From the NCBI GenBank assembly GCA_026023565.1, contig JAPETS010000010.1, positions 558,001 through 622,000 of the forward strand: a DNA stretch of 64,000 nt. Reading direction: 5' to 3'. The translations under genes were made by a program, and so were the position numbers. Source of the stretch: Cirrosporium novae-zelandiae. Taxonomy: Eukaryota. The notes beneath the pieces are model-generated. The model was given only the letters and a program-made list of their open reading frames with translations. It ran no database searches and was not told the origin of the DNA. The stretch's first letter is position 1. Every line of letters begins with the position of its first letter. Positions 26,026 through 38,707 of this stretch are shown piece by piece.

Positions 26026-26094
26026 ATGATCGTGCTTGGCCTTTGTTCCATCTTGATTATTATCGTCCTTATTCCGTGGTCCCCAATGGAATGA
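26026..26094 (+). other. Candidate uORF encoding a 22-aa hydrophobic peptide upstream of SCAP
   Basis: ATG 26026 to TGA 26094 reads MIVLGLCSILIIIVLIPWSPME. It ends 19 nt before the SCAP ATG. Confidence 0.4.
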
Positions 26095-26113
26095 CATCTG
26101 CGTAGTTGTTGCA

Positions 26114-29100
26114 ATGATCTGGTATCTGACTTATCCATGGACAAGGTAAGCGTTCTAGCCGCTATAACCACAGTTGAGGGATCTGCAAGAGCCGGGAAGG
26201 GGAAGATGTAACCATAACCACCACTGTGATCTCTGACTGATCGTGATCGTGTCGCTTGTAGGTCTGTCAATCCTCCGCATCTCAGAGAAGACCATCCACT
26301 TCGCGTTGGCCTGTCCAGATACGGAGTCCTTGTTGCGCAGCGCCCCATTACCTTCATTCTTCTCTCCCTAGCACTCGGTTTTGCGACCTGGTATCCATTA
26401 CCATTTTTGTATTCTCAAGAGGCCTCGTCTCGTGCACTGAGCTTGCCAAGTCATGTCTGGACATCAACAAGACCTCTATTACCAGGTGAGGCTGCCCTTC
26501 CAGACGTTGAGATCAGACAGGCATGGATCTACGGCAGTTACATGAGAGCATTGGAACCAAAGCTGTTGCAAGATGGCCTTACCATCCAGAATGAGCTGCT
26601 TAATATGGCATCCAAGAACTTACCCGTTGCGTCTGTATCTGAAGAATATTTATTCATGGCAACTGCAGCTGGCGAGGGTCAAGTACAGGGAGGTTTGATG
26701 GCCCTTGAAGGACCAAACCCTTGTTTCCATTCTCCTTTCTTCTATTGGAACAACTCCATGTCACAAGTCATAGTCGATAAGACTCCAGTTGAGACGATCA
26801 ATGAACGTTGCTCACTTATCTCACCATTCAATATGACGTTGCGGCCTTCGTCCGTGTTTGCTGGTAAAAGATTCCAAAATGAAAAACTAGTAGCAGCAGA
26901 TGCTCTCGTTATTAGCCTATTCTCCAAACCCGGGTCAGACGATGGAAAGACTTGGGATGAAAATTCGCGTCGAATCTCAAATAGTGATAGATGGGACATG
27001 TACCATGCCCAGGATGACCATTCGACCAAGCTTTATGAATTTCGGTTTCGGTCTGTGAGTTCTAAATACGACACACTCCTAGTCCTAGCATACCTTACAA
27101 TCTTATTGAGGGTTTTGTATAGCCTGCAGAAACTCCGAGGAGTTAGGAGTAGATTTGGTTTGGTCCTGGCTATCATGATACAGGTCAGCCGTTGCAGATA
27201 TCCCTTGGGAGGATTACTGGTAGTACTTTCTAACGAGTGTTCTAGAACTGCTTCTCGGTACTTTCAACCTTTGCTGTCGCTGCAATCATGAATATGAATA
27301 TGTCTCGAATTCCAATGGAGGCATTTGCTTTTGTAATCGCATTTGTCGGTTTTGAAAACTCGTAAGGATATCCTATTTATATCATGCTCAAGTCTACTTT
27401 CTGACGTATGGAAACGATAATTTCAGTCTTCGTCTTGTTGATGGTGTTCTCGAAACTTATCCGGAAAGTTCAGTGACTTCTAGGATTGGTGATGCCTTGG
27501 GTTCCTTTGGTCTCCTCATATTTTCACCCATCGAAAAGATCCTGATCCTTTGGTTGCTCAATCATATTGTTGCTCCTGTGGTAGCGCCGATATGTCCTTT
27601 CGTAGCTATCGCACTTGTATTTGATGTCTTCTATTTTCTTACTTTTTTCATTGCCATACTCAGTGCCGATATGCAAAGACTAGAATTAAATGATTTCCTC
27701 GAACGGTCCGTCCTACGGCGGTCACCTTGCAGAGAGAGCCCAAAAATACAAAACCCTCGAGAACCAGTCAAAATTAAGCGGAGTCGCTCGTGGAAGTCCT
27801 TCGATCGTGAAACTTTGGGAAATTTCCGTTTTGCCTTGACGCCAATACTCATTCTCTCCATAATCATACTGGATTCTCAAAGTGAGAGCAAAGCTTTGCC
27901 TCGCATCATGTCCAGGCTTCTTAACAATATCAATCCTGTCAATGCAATAAATACCTATGATTTCTGGTCTTTCTTGACCCCGCTTGTTCGCCCTTCGAGG
28001 AATCCAGTGGCCTGGCTATACATGCAAGACCGTGAATCGGCAAGAGAGATAATTCGCATGTCAAAGCCTGGTGCAACAAGTCTCGTAGCGACAATATATG
28101 AGCCAATAGTTTTTGTCACTCGCTTTGCAAATAGGGAGACAATTATCAGTTCGCGGACTAGGCTACCTGTCAGTTCAACTTTTGATGTCTTCTTTTCGCA
28201 TAGCTGGCTCTTCTTCCCATCTTTGGCATTTGTGACCATAGCTATCGGTACGACCCTGCATTTTCTGCTTCGAGATGCGCTTAGGTTTGATATGCAGACT
28301 CCTGAGAATTCCAAGCCAAAGATATCCGTAAAGGCTCTTAGCAATAGGCATGGTTTGGATGTTTTCAATATGGCTGCAGCAACGACGGGTATATTGGTAT
28401 CTGTTGGGTTTGACCGTCAGGTCTGTGTTTGGGATTTGAAGGAGCAGTCCCGTCAGCATTCCGTCGAACGTGGAAAAATAGAAGATACCATTTCAGAGCA
28501 CATTTCATGGCCAGTAACGGGGCTTGCGGTTGATGAGTCTGCGAAATGGTTGGCAGTATGTTCTTCTCGTGATATGTTGAGTGTCTGGAGCCTGCGCGAC
28601 GGACAATTCAAGATGTCTACCACGGTTGGGCAACCGCTAGACCAGTTCACCACTCTCATCTATGTAAAAGATGATCTTCGCCGCAATACTTCTGTGTTGC
28701 TCGTACGATCCAATGGCCTGATGTCAGATGTTGATATCGAGAACTCACATGTAACCCAACACCGCATTTGCCCATCTCCAGTATCGTCATGCCTAGGTGT
28801 TTTCGCCAATGGATCAGAAAAGAATAATTTTCGTATACTGGTTCTTGGAAGGGATGGAAAGCTTCACGTGATTGTTAAACACAGTGATGGCTGGACGTCT
28901 GAACCTACCTTTATTTCCAGATGGCCTACAAAAGCAGCAGTTGCTACTACCATATCAGCTGTTCCTGGCTTTAGTATGATACAGTTGCTATTGAGTCCGC
29001 TGTCAAATACCGCCTGCTTAGTAAATACGCAAGTTCGTAAGTTACCCTTATCTAAAAATCCACATGCGAGCAAGATGAGCTAACCCGTATTTGGATAGAT

Positions 29101-29796
29101 TCTGTGATCCATACCTTCGATTTGAGAGCTTTCCAGCCCCGCAGCGTTCGGGTACTCCATACACGTCGACAGAATTGTCCAATTTGCGGATCTTTGGCCG
29201 TCGCGTCGTTTTCTATAGCATATTGCCACAGAGAGACGGGAGATTTAATAATGCATACATTTAGTCAGGAGCATGAGAACGTGGATAGAACCTTTCTCAT
29301 ATGTCTTCGCGCAATCAAAACACCAGATGAAAGAGACTGCACAAGTCTTCAAACGGCAACGGAAGATGTCAACGTTGTCCGTAATGCACCAGTTTGGGAG
29401 AAAGTGGGTCCTCATAGCGTTGCTGGAATTCGTAAATTGCCGGCTATCCAGCCGGCCTCTGCAAAATCCGGTCCAAGATTGCGAATGAAAAGTGCCAAGG
29501 TTCTCAAGACGGGTAAGGGTCCAGTAGACGACGATTGGGAGGCCTTCACTCTATCTACAAAAGGAGAATTAAGCCATTGCCCAGTGCCAGCCGATGATCA
29601 CGGTAGCGACCTCATAGTATCTAGAGTTGGCCCTGCTCGGAAGGTAGGGAGAAGGTCCATTGCTGTTGCAATGGGGAATTCCATCAAGTTGATATCTTCG
29701 GGAAACGAACAGTTTGATAACGTTAATGAGAACGACGAGGACGAACTAGGTGGCATACCATCGAGACGCAAGCACAGGGATCTCGGGTCTGGGTGA
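26114..29796 (+). CDS. scp1: SREBP cleavage-activating protein (SCAP/Scp1): sterol-sensing domain plus WD40 region, 5 exons
   Basis: Start MIWYLTYPW. Introns 26146-26261, 27184-27245, 27362-27426 and 29037-29098 join three ORF-track pieces. SSD segments GFENSLRLVDGVL and LVFDVFYFLTFFIAILSADMQRLELNDFL align by eye with mammalian GLENVLVL and SIDIRRMELADL. WD repeat LVSVGFDRQVCVWD. Confidence 0.9.
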
Positions 29797-32700
29797 AATC
29801 CGGGACAAGTAGCCAAAATTCGCCTGAGGACCATTGATATGTCGCTTGAAATACGATATTTGCATGTTATAACTTCCTGATACCAAGCTAGCACTGTGCT
29901 CTGTCGGCCCTTCATCTTAAACCATTTCCCAGCCAGTGAGCGACTGTCTTGTCATATCCATATTCTGCGGCCAATAGTCCGGATCCACCAGCGCCTCGAC
30001 TCGGCACATATGGAGGCACAAATGAAACACGGGGTTTGCTCTCTCTCTAACCAACTACCAAAAGAGTAATGCCGCTTCATTCTAGATGCTATGCCATCTC
30101 GATTGAATTCTCCATGTCCAAATGGTCGCCGACTGGGTGCTCATCGGTCGAAAAATTGTTAAAAGAACCTAAAATCTTTTGTCCCCAGCTTCAGGGCCAA
30201 TTCTGTACATATTTATTAGCACACACGACCCAATGTATACTTACCAGACCCAGGACACAGTGACGCTATGGATTGTTCGTTGCTTGAAGCGAAGACACGT
30301 TGACTTCCGAGTTCCTCCGGGTAAGGAAGCCTTCCTTATTGTACACTGTTTGTTTATAGGCACTTGGAACATGTGGGTGGGAAATGACTGTTGTTTCTTC
30401 TAGTTTGTCTGTCCGTCGACCACGATAGCAAGTTTTAGATAGAGAAATGGATGATGTTGATATAATGTCAGATCAATATCTGACTCTCCAGTTCAAAGGA
30501 GATGATGAACAAAGCCGAGCTGTCCCGTAGCGAAAAAAGATGGATCAAACTCCAAAGTAATAAATTTAGGTAGAAGCAGGATGATATGATCAAGCTGGCA
30601 CGCAGAGCGCAGATGCCCGGTCAAAATATCAAGTCTTTGGTCTGGGGATAATGGCGTGGTATGACCCTTCGGTTTGTATCTCGCCCACGACCACGCGGGC
30701 GGGATGATATGGCATGTTCTAATAGACAAAATAAAAAGCCTCACCACCATCCCCAGTCTTCCAGGTCTTCAAGTCTCCAGATGTCTACGACAGGCAACCA
30801 GTGAGAATTTAGGAGTCGTGATTGCCCACCCCGGTATGGTCAAGACTACTGATGGAAAGTTAAGTTGGGACACTGGGAAAAGCCACTACCTTAAAAAGCG
30901 TGGAGTCATACGATAGAACCGTCAGGCTGAAGAGAAGGTGCGACTTGGCGCCTTCGCCCAGGCCTGCCCCCTGGGGAAACCAATTGAGCTTGTCAGCACC
31001 CAATAATCTACTCTTTTTCTACCAAAGGAATTCATGGGAGTCGTGGGATTAAGCCCCGAGCCTGTATCACACAACCGCATAACCTTTTTGTATGTTATGT
31101 ATGTTTGTGCATGTACTATACGATTGATTACTCTCGCTCTTGGTTGAAAGCTCCTAAAGCAAGGTACACCAAAGCTCTCTGCGTGCCTTGCCTGTACTTT
31201 TTCTCCACCCACACACCTCAAACCAAGCTCTAGAAGAAGCAGTTCTTTCAAAGCTCGTAATTAATTAGCTGACTTGAAACTTGGTGACTAAAAGCAGCAA
31301 TGAGAACGACGACAACGACGACGACGAAGACGTTCGTTTCATTATTCCATCTCTCTTCATCTGCCCATCTCTCCATATCTGGAAACTAGGGCGGAAAGTT
31401 ATATGGTAGACTCGCATGGGTCTCACGCCATATCTCACGTTAATGCTAAAAGACATTGACGTTTAATGCTGGGGACCAACCACGAGCCACCAACCACGGT
31501 GTCACGATATCTAACCTTACTAACCTATAAGTAGTTTAGCCTTGGCCCGGGTTTACCTTTCTTCCCTTTCTTTCCCTTCCCCTCCCTTCTCATCCAACCA
31601 ACAAAACAAACGTCCTGGGGCCGAAGCTTCGCACTGACAACTGGTGGGTTATATTTAGTGGAAAACTCAGACATGCAGCTGTCAAGGTTGGGCTGAAGTT
31701 ACACAAAGTCTGATGCTGCCGCCGTGGTGGAATAAGCTGATGGCTTTTTTGTCGTTCTAGCCTTGGAGAAGGTTGGCCTGCACTCACATTATTCCCTTTC
31801 CCGCTACTGTGGTAATTATTCATTCTCTTCTCGTTAACCATCTTATTACTAAACATCTCCCCCAAACTTTTAAAATCTCGTTTACATACTCTGCAAGCCT
31901 TCAAAGTTTAAACCATAGCAGTTGAGAATATAACCAGCACGATGGGATGGTCTCGTCAAGATAGAACAATGAATTTCAGCTTCTAGTCTTCAATCCAGCT
32001 CAAAGTATGTTCATGGATTCGAAACAAAGTTAGTTTAAGAAGCAGAGAGCCCATGGTGGCTCACTACTCGAGTAGTCTGACCAGGCCACATTTTACAACT
32101 ATTTATTACCTCTGTTGTGAATTACCGTTGGTTTGTGTCATGTTCGATGACGACTCTCAGAATTGCGCGTCTAGCTACAATCACCAACCACCCCTCTACG
32201 GTTAGTGTGATAATTCTTTTTCTTTCACGCACAACTCTATACTCTACTTCACCATTATTGGCACATCATCAGTACTGTCCCTCGTACCCAATTGATATTA
32301 AGCATGATCCTTGTCCCGATAGTACCAAGATACGAGCGCCAGGGCACAGAGGGTTGAGCGGAATATCGGGATGATGCCGAGGTGAAAAGCCTCCAGCCTG
32401 CAGCTTTCAAATAAACTCGAGGTGGTATATATGCCATTGTCTTTCTATTCTTTTTTAGGGTTTTTTGGAAGAGTATACACTCCCATGTGTATAAAGTAGA
32501 CAACCATTGGACTTATAAACCAATGGCACAAAGAAAACATTAGAAGATGGAAAACATGTACTCGTGATCAAACACGAAGAAGTCCGGATGTGGTCAGAAG
32601 AAAGTCTCGAATTGAAGTTCGATGTTCCGTCTCCACAAAGATAACTTAAGCTAGAAATTCTGACCCATAGGCTAAAGAATTAAGTTAAACTGGGTAATTG

Positions 32701-32981
32701 GGTATCTTCACAGCCAAACTCCATATGAACTCCACGTCAACCTGTTCATCAATGCCTGTTCGGTCGCTTCAGCCATCGGATTGCCCTTTTCTCAACTACC
32801 GCGCGCCCTAAATTTCCAAGCAACATACTGCCCTCGTGGCTTCGCCTAACCAATCCATGCTGGCCCTACCCCAAGAGCACCTTCGACCATCTCGTCATGC
32901 ATATCCCATTAAATCATACCTTTATCGTACAGTTCGTGCAGAATATATACATAGGAAATACTTCAAGCGCCGTGCTTTGCG

Positions 32982-33759
32982 CTATACGATGTCCGCGCCC
33001 GCATGAGGGTAAAATTGCACACTAGCGGTATCTTCTTTCATAAACTTAACCTTGCAGAGCGGGCAGTCGACTTGCTGCCGGAGGTACCAATCGTCGATGC
33101 AGTGCTTGTGGAAGACGTGATTACAGCGTAAGGCACGGATTTGTTGATTTGGGAGGATCGGATCGAGGCAGATGACGCTAGAGTAGGCACACGAAGGTTA
33201 ACACCCCCCTCTTCTACTAGGAGATGATTGATACGGGAAGAGAGAAATAAAAATAAACATAAGCCGTACCAGACGAGTTGCTGGGTCAAGAATTCAGGAA
33301 TCTGTTCCTGCATTCTCTTCGTGTTGTTGGCTTTCCATTTCTCGAGCGTCTGTGCGGGGATGGCTTCATTAAGAAGTTTCATTCGGTTGACGTTTCGGTG
33401 GGATATGGCTCGGCGGTCACGTTTTCTCAGGAGGCAACCTCTGTAGGAAGCGTTAGGAATTCTTGCTTTGGGAAATGCAGAGCAGACCCGTGTTGTCATT
33501 CCTTGCTGCTCTTTTAATCACATCAACTGGTAAGGAGATTGTTCCGACCGATAAAATGAGGGGTGGGGAGAAATAATTACATTGCTATAGCTAAGACCAG
33601 GAGCATTGCGATTAAGCCAGCGATTGTGGACGAGATCACCAAACTCCCTGAGGCCGTGCTATGTTTTGACGAGTTACTTTCGTGGAATGTTTCCGTTGCT
33701 GATGCCGCTCCCGTCTCGCTGGCCGTGACCGAGGCGGCAAGGGTGGTGGTGGCACTCAT
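32982..33759 (-). CDS. Single-pass membrane RING-H2 E3 ubiquitin ligase, about 181 aa, 3 exons
   Basis: Exons 33759-33581, 33440-33270 and 33177-32982. Ser/Thr-rich N-terminus, TM helix, basic RKRDRR, then CVICLDPILPNQQIRALRCNHVFHKHCIDDWYLRQQVDCPLC (C3H2C3). Both introns have branch points (CTAAC, TTAAC). Confidence 0.88.
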
Positions 33760-34418
33760 GATTACAAGAGTGAATCAAACTTAGACGGCAAGATCGGATA
33801 TTCTGAGTGCTTGGGATGCCTCCAAAAGTGTCGAGAGCAATGCAATTCAACTATTTCAAACATAAGCCGACCATTGGATGAAAATGGCCCTAAGAGGAAG
33901 TAAAATTGGCTTTGAACTCAATTGCTTACATTTTGTCAGATATAATTGTTGCTGGATAGGAAATCAACGTGTACAGTGATTTCTGCCAAAGGTCAAAAAC
34001 AAAAACAGCAGTTTCATTTCCCAAGACAACAGCGGTCACAGTGAAGTTTAAAAAGTAGGATAATGATGGGGAGATTTATTGAAAAGGAAGAATAATGCGT
34101 CGGTTAACAGGGAAAAACGTAGCTATGCTTGTGACAACAAACCATGATCCAGTGAAAGGCAGGCCAAACCTGAAATGGGCAAATGAGGGGAAGTCGAGCC
34201 CACTCATTTTTTTCAGCTATCCCGGACCATGGCAGAAGATGGAGGAGAAGGCCGGCAACATGGTTATAGGATAGGCGGCCCGGTCATGAATTTCACTGCT
34301 GAGTAGATAGCCACAAGAACTGAACCGATGACTTGGTCACGCCATGAAGGATTTGGGAGTGAACAGATTAACCAAGAAGATGAAGAAATTGGGCTTGAGT
34401 TTAGAAGGAGAGAATTTC

Positions 34419-34523
34419 GGGGGAGGCTTCGGGGGAGGCTTCGGGGGAGGCTTTGGGGGCTTTGGGGGCTTTGGGGGCTTTGGGGGGAGGGAGAGGGGGG
34501 GAGGTTTCGTGGGGTGGGGTGGG
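34419..34523 (+). repeat. G-rich compound minisatellite (GGGGGAGGCTTY)x3 plus (GGGGGCTTT)x3
   Basis: Directly visible. It produces spurious Gly/Phe and Pro/Lys ORFs. Confidence 0.9.
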
Positions 34524-35409
34524 ACATTTTCAGGATTCAAAGGAACCAAGGATCCTTCTTTCTTCGGGGGGGGGTAATGTTTGGGGTTTAGACTGGGGCC
34601 CCACGATTAACTTAGGCTATTAAGGCTATCTGGGTTACCCTTTTCGCTTTTCCTTTGGCTTTCACTTTGGTCTCCAAATTCAATGGCGTGACGCGTACGG
34701 TCCACAAGTGTCCACAACTGGAATAGTAAAAGGGCATCTGTCAAATGGTAAAAATCTTATCTATACTTTTACTTCTTCCTCTTCTTCCCTCCCACCGGAA
34801 TATCTCTCTTTTCACCCGCCACAATAGCCTATTTGACGTTCCACACAGCCATGCGGCTAATTGATTGATTTCTTGACAGTTATTCAACCTCGAGAATCTG
34901 TCTGCACATCTGTCTGCACATCTGTACACAGTAACAATGTCACCTGTGTCTCTTGCATTCGAAACAAGGAAAATGTCTTTGCTTTTTATCATGTTGAATT
35001 GAGTGGCATCGCGTGGCTTAATTTCATTGAATTCGCCCCCATTCCCTTTTGCCGTCGGAATATCTCCGCAGCCTCTTCAACCTGACAACCTCGGCTTGAT
35101 TCTGTCTCGATAAAGTAAAACTAATTAAGCGCTGCAGCTGACACAGTAGCGCTCGGGGTGCTATCGCTTCCTGAGCCTCTGTTTGGATTAATGTCATCAG
35201 ACCTTCATTAGGATGACAAAATGAAATGCCTAGCAGTAGCCGACAGACTTATCAAAAGAGCCAATCCATCATTTTTACTAACCCCGGGATTTGCTGCATA
35301 ATAACGCTTCTTGCATATCACACTGAGAAGCAGAGACCCGATGACTTGTGATTGATTGCAATGCATCTACCCATCGCCGTCCATCTATAGGATCATTTCG
35401 AGACAACAT

Positions 35410-36984
35410 CTACCACCAGCGCTCACAAAATACTTTATCAGCGTCCATATTCTCTAGTCCCTGCAATGTCTTGACAACTGAGTCGGTCATTTCCTGAGGT
35501 CCGCATACATAAGCCACAGTGTGTTTCTTCGGTTCTTTCTTTGGTGATGTTTTTGCCTGGGACTCCCTGGTTTGAAGGAAATGCTCAACCGAATCATCCA
35601 CCGCAGTAAGAATATCAGCCTGTGTGATCCGAGCATATCGAGTACAGATGAGTGGGTACCACGGATTTACGCTCGCAGAGCTCAGTATATTCTCATGATG
35701 CCCTATGGATGTAAGGTGCAGAGAGATTTGAACTCGCGAAGTATCTAGGTTAGAGGGTTGCGAACCAGCTGTGCGGGCGATCTCATAGAGACGAGGCAGA
35801 AAAAGAACAGAAGAAAGAGTAAGTTCCGATGGAGATGAGCATGGACTGCGAATGCTGTATAGAACCCAGACTTTTTCTGGGAGAGACGATGTTTGATGGA
35901 GGTGGGACAGAATAGAGATAAGCGGACTAATCACCCATGAATTTAGAACCCTTCCTTTTCAATATAATACTTTTTGTTGCGTTAACACAAACCGGACCGC
36001 CTTGCTAACATTAACCACTTCAGCCGTTTGAATCCTGGAAACGTTCAAGAAAAAATAAAATTCGGCATAAGAGAGTGATCCTCAATTGAAGCCGGAATTT
36101 TTGAATATATTGAAACTGGGGGGGTGGGGGGGCGATTGATTTAAGAAAGTGGCCGGGTCCATATATATATCAACCTAACGAAGCAATCAACAATATCAAA
36201 AAAACGTACTTTATTCCCACCCCGCCTGCCACTAGAACCAGCTTCCCAATACTTCCAGGATCTATACCACTAGAAGGCGGATAAACGAAGCTCCCACCAA
36301 CCCGCACCTCGAGAACAGTATTGATGATCTCCATCTCCGGACGCCACAGCCACGCAGCGTGTGGATTATTAGTATTCTTCTGCACTGCAAGTTCAACATA
36401 CCCACCACCCCCACCACTTTGCTCCTCCTCATCAAAAGGCTCGAGGGAATCAGCAGCAGCAGGGCGGGCTTGATCTGGCGTGGAAGTTATGGTGAAACCA
36501 CCTGCTTTGGTCAGGCCAGGGATGAAGACATCGAGCCATTGGCCTGGGAGAAACTGTAGTTTTGTAAACTCGTTAACCCATAAGTTTTCTTCTTCTTCTC
36601 TAGATGGATAGATAGATAGAATCATCTCCCCCCAAAAGAAGAAAAAAATAAAATTTTTAAATAAATTTGTGATTAATTCCAATTTCTTCAAAGTTAGGAA
36701 ACCGTTTTTTGTAGATGTAAGTAAATAGTGTAGGAGTAGTAGGGAGTAGAAATAGAAAGTAGAAATAAATTGTATATCCATACATCAATCCCCCTCCCCC
36801 CTCCCCCACGACCCACTACCCCCAACCGCAATAACCTCACATCACCCGTAACCCTCTCAATCCGAGATAGCCGCACCCGGTGCGAGACGTTCTGGCGAGG
36901 GGCTGATGCCGTGCGGTCTTCGTGGCTTAATGAATAAGGAGGAAAAGGAAAAGGGGAAAGAGAAGGGGAAGAATGCGGAGGCAT
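35410..36984 (-). CDS. FNR-like oxidoreductase NAD-binding domain protein (OXNAD1-like), 3 exons
   Basis: FLPGQWLDV, GGFTITSTP, VRVGGSF, LVAGGVGI|NPLISIL, YVCGP and terminal CERWW. Donors GTATGG and GTACGT. Confidence 0.85.
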
Positions 36985-38707
36985 TGTGAGGTTGCTTCTG
37001 TAGGGGGGGATATATAGCTTGTTGGAAGGGGGGGAAGAGGATTGGGATTATGGGATTGGCGTGTGTGTGGGAGGGGGGTTTTGTTCGAGAAATGTTAGAT
37101 AATCTCTAATTATCTAATCTATTGCGTAGAATAACTCTCTCTCTCTCTCTCTCCTCACCCATAACTTACTTAGTTAATTTACATCCAAATCCAATCCAGT
37201 TCCATAAAGATAAATAAATAAGAGTTGAATTTTTACCTCTACTTTAAATCTCCGAAGTCACCCTTATTTTTTTATTATTAAATCTCCGCGACAAATATTT
37301 ATGCTCCTATCGTTAAAAAATGTAAATAAAAAAAATAAAAAGAAGATGGTTTTTGTATGGGTTATATATACACGAGGATTAGTTTTATGATGAGGTCTAG
37401 ATCCAGCTATCTACTACTGGGTACCAATACTAATGACACTTGGATATACCATATTAGTTACTGAAAATGCTACTATATGTTGTGACAATCAAGCAAGCAA
37501 GTAAAGCAAGCAAGCAGAGCAAAGAAAAGTCCACTTTTCCAGTTGGACTTTCCTTCCTTCCTTCCAAGCAAAACCCAGCCAACCCTCCAGCCCTCTCCCT
37601 CTCTAAAGAAGCCAACCAACAAACCAACTGACAAGCCCATCTATGTGACAAAATTTATTATATCTATAGTTGAATATAAATATATAAGAATTTGGGCAGC
37701 AGTCGGTCCGATTGGTTGGTTGTGTTGGTTGTGTTGTGTCTTTCTTATATGCATTCACAAACTTGAATCATTTATCCTTGCTTCTGAAGAAGAAGAGGAA
37801 AATGGGATAATGTGTAATTATGAAATTTTGAGTTTGTTGTGGTTGTGGTTGTGTGGGGAGTTTGGTCAAATAAAGGATGATAAGAAATCAATCTTGATAT
37901 TTTTTTGCTACTACTGTGTGATCTCCTCTTCCCGTATCTAATTAATCAACCAATCAATATACTCCTTGTTTCAAACTATATCTCCTCATCTCTCATCTTC
38001 AACTCCTCCCTCTCTCTCTCGAAAAAAGTTTTTTTTTTCTTATTTAATAATTCCTCATACAACAACGGAAAGTCAATCGGGGGGGCTTTTTACCCCTAAC
38101 GCGATTCCGGGGACTCCGATATGTCTGATATCCATATCTATGGGGATGGGGGGATTTTTTTGGTGTCTAAGAAGTAATTCGGACAAGTTTAGTCTGGTGG
38201 GATTAGTGGATGGCTTGGCTGTAAGAAGAAATTTTAGAATCAAGTCACAAAAAGACGCTTGCTTGTTTCTAGGACCGTGTTTAAGATTACATGTCTTTCC
38301 TTCTTTCTAGGTGCAATATGTTGTTATAAGCGTAGAGAGAGAGCTATTAAATGTTGCAGCATAGCATCGGTAAGGTAGATCATCGGCTGATGGTAGTAGT
38401 AGAAGAACTTATAATAGCGAATGAACCGTAAATCTCTAGATGAGATGCTATAGGGCACAAGGAGAAAATAACTGTATGGAGAGCACTCATGTTCGTCCCC
38501 CCCCCCTCTCCAATAGTGACCGGGATGATATTGGTCTTTCTTTCCTTCTAGCTTATGTTAAACTTATTATAATGGTTTGTGAATTGGACTTAGTGGGTAT
38601 ATATGCGGAGTAACAGATTGTGTTTGAAAGGAGTCGAAAGATAATATATGGGTAGGAGTATCAGCAAGAAAAAACAGAGGACAGTAGCATAAGATGCCGG
38701 TAGTCAA

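Noticed and set aside
26407..29796. Three separate genes (294, 536 and 230 aa), or an NPC1/HMG-CoA reductase call
   Set aside because: Canonical introns join them into one gene. SSD followed by WD40 and a MELADL-like segment indicates SCAP.
33038..33499. 153-aa ORF as a stand-alone gene
   Set aside because: Only 33270-33440 is coding. The rest is intron or off-frame relative to the RING-H2 exon.
34264..34591. Gly/Phe-rich and Pro/Lys-rich ORFs on both strands
   Set aside because: Produced by the G-rich minisatellite, with no other coding evidence.
36990..38400. AT-rich low-complexity stretch as a RIP-degraded transposon, and ORFs 37454-38310
   Set aside because: No terminal repeats or transposase/RT remnants recognisable. 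It reads as simple-sequence intergenic DNA.
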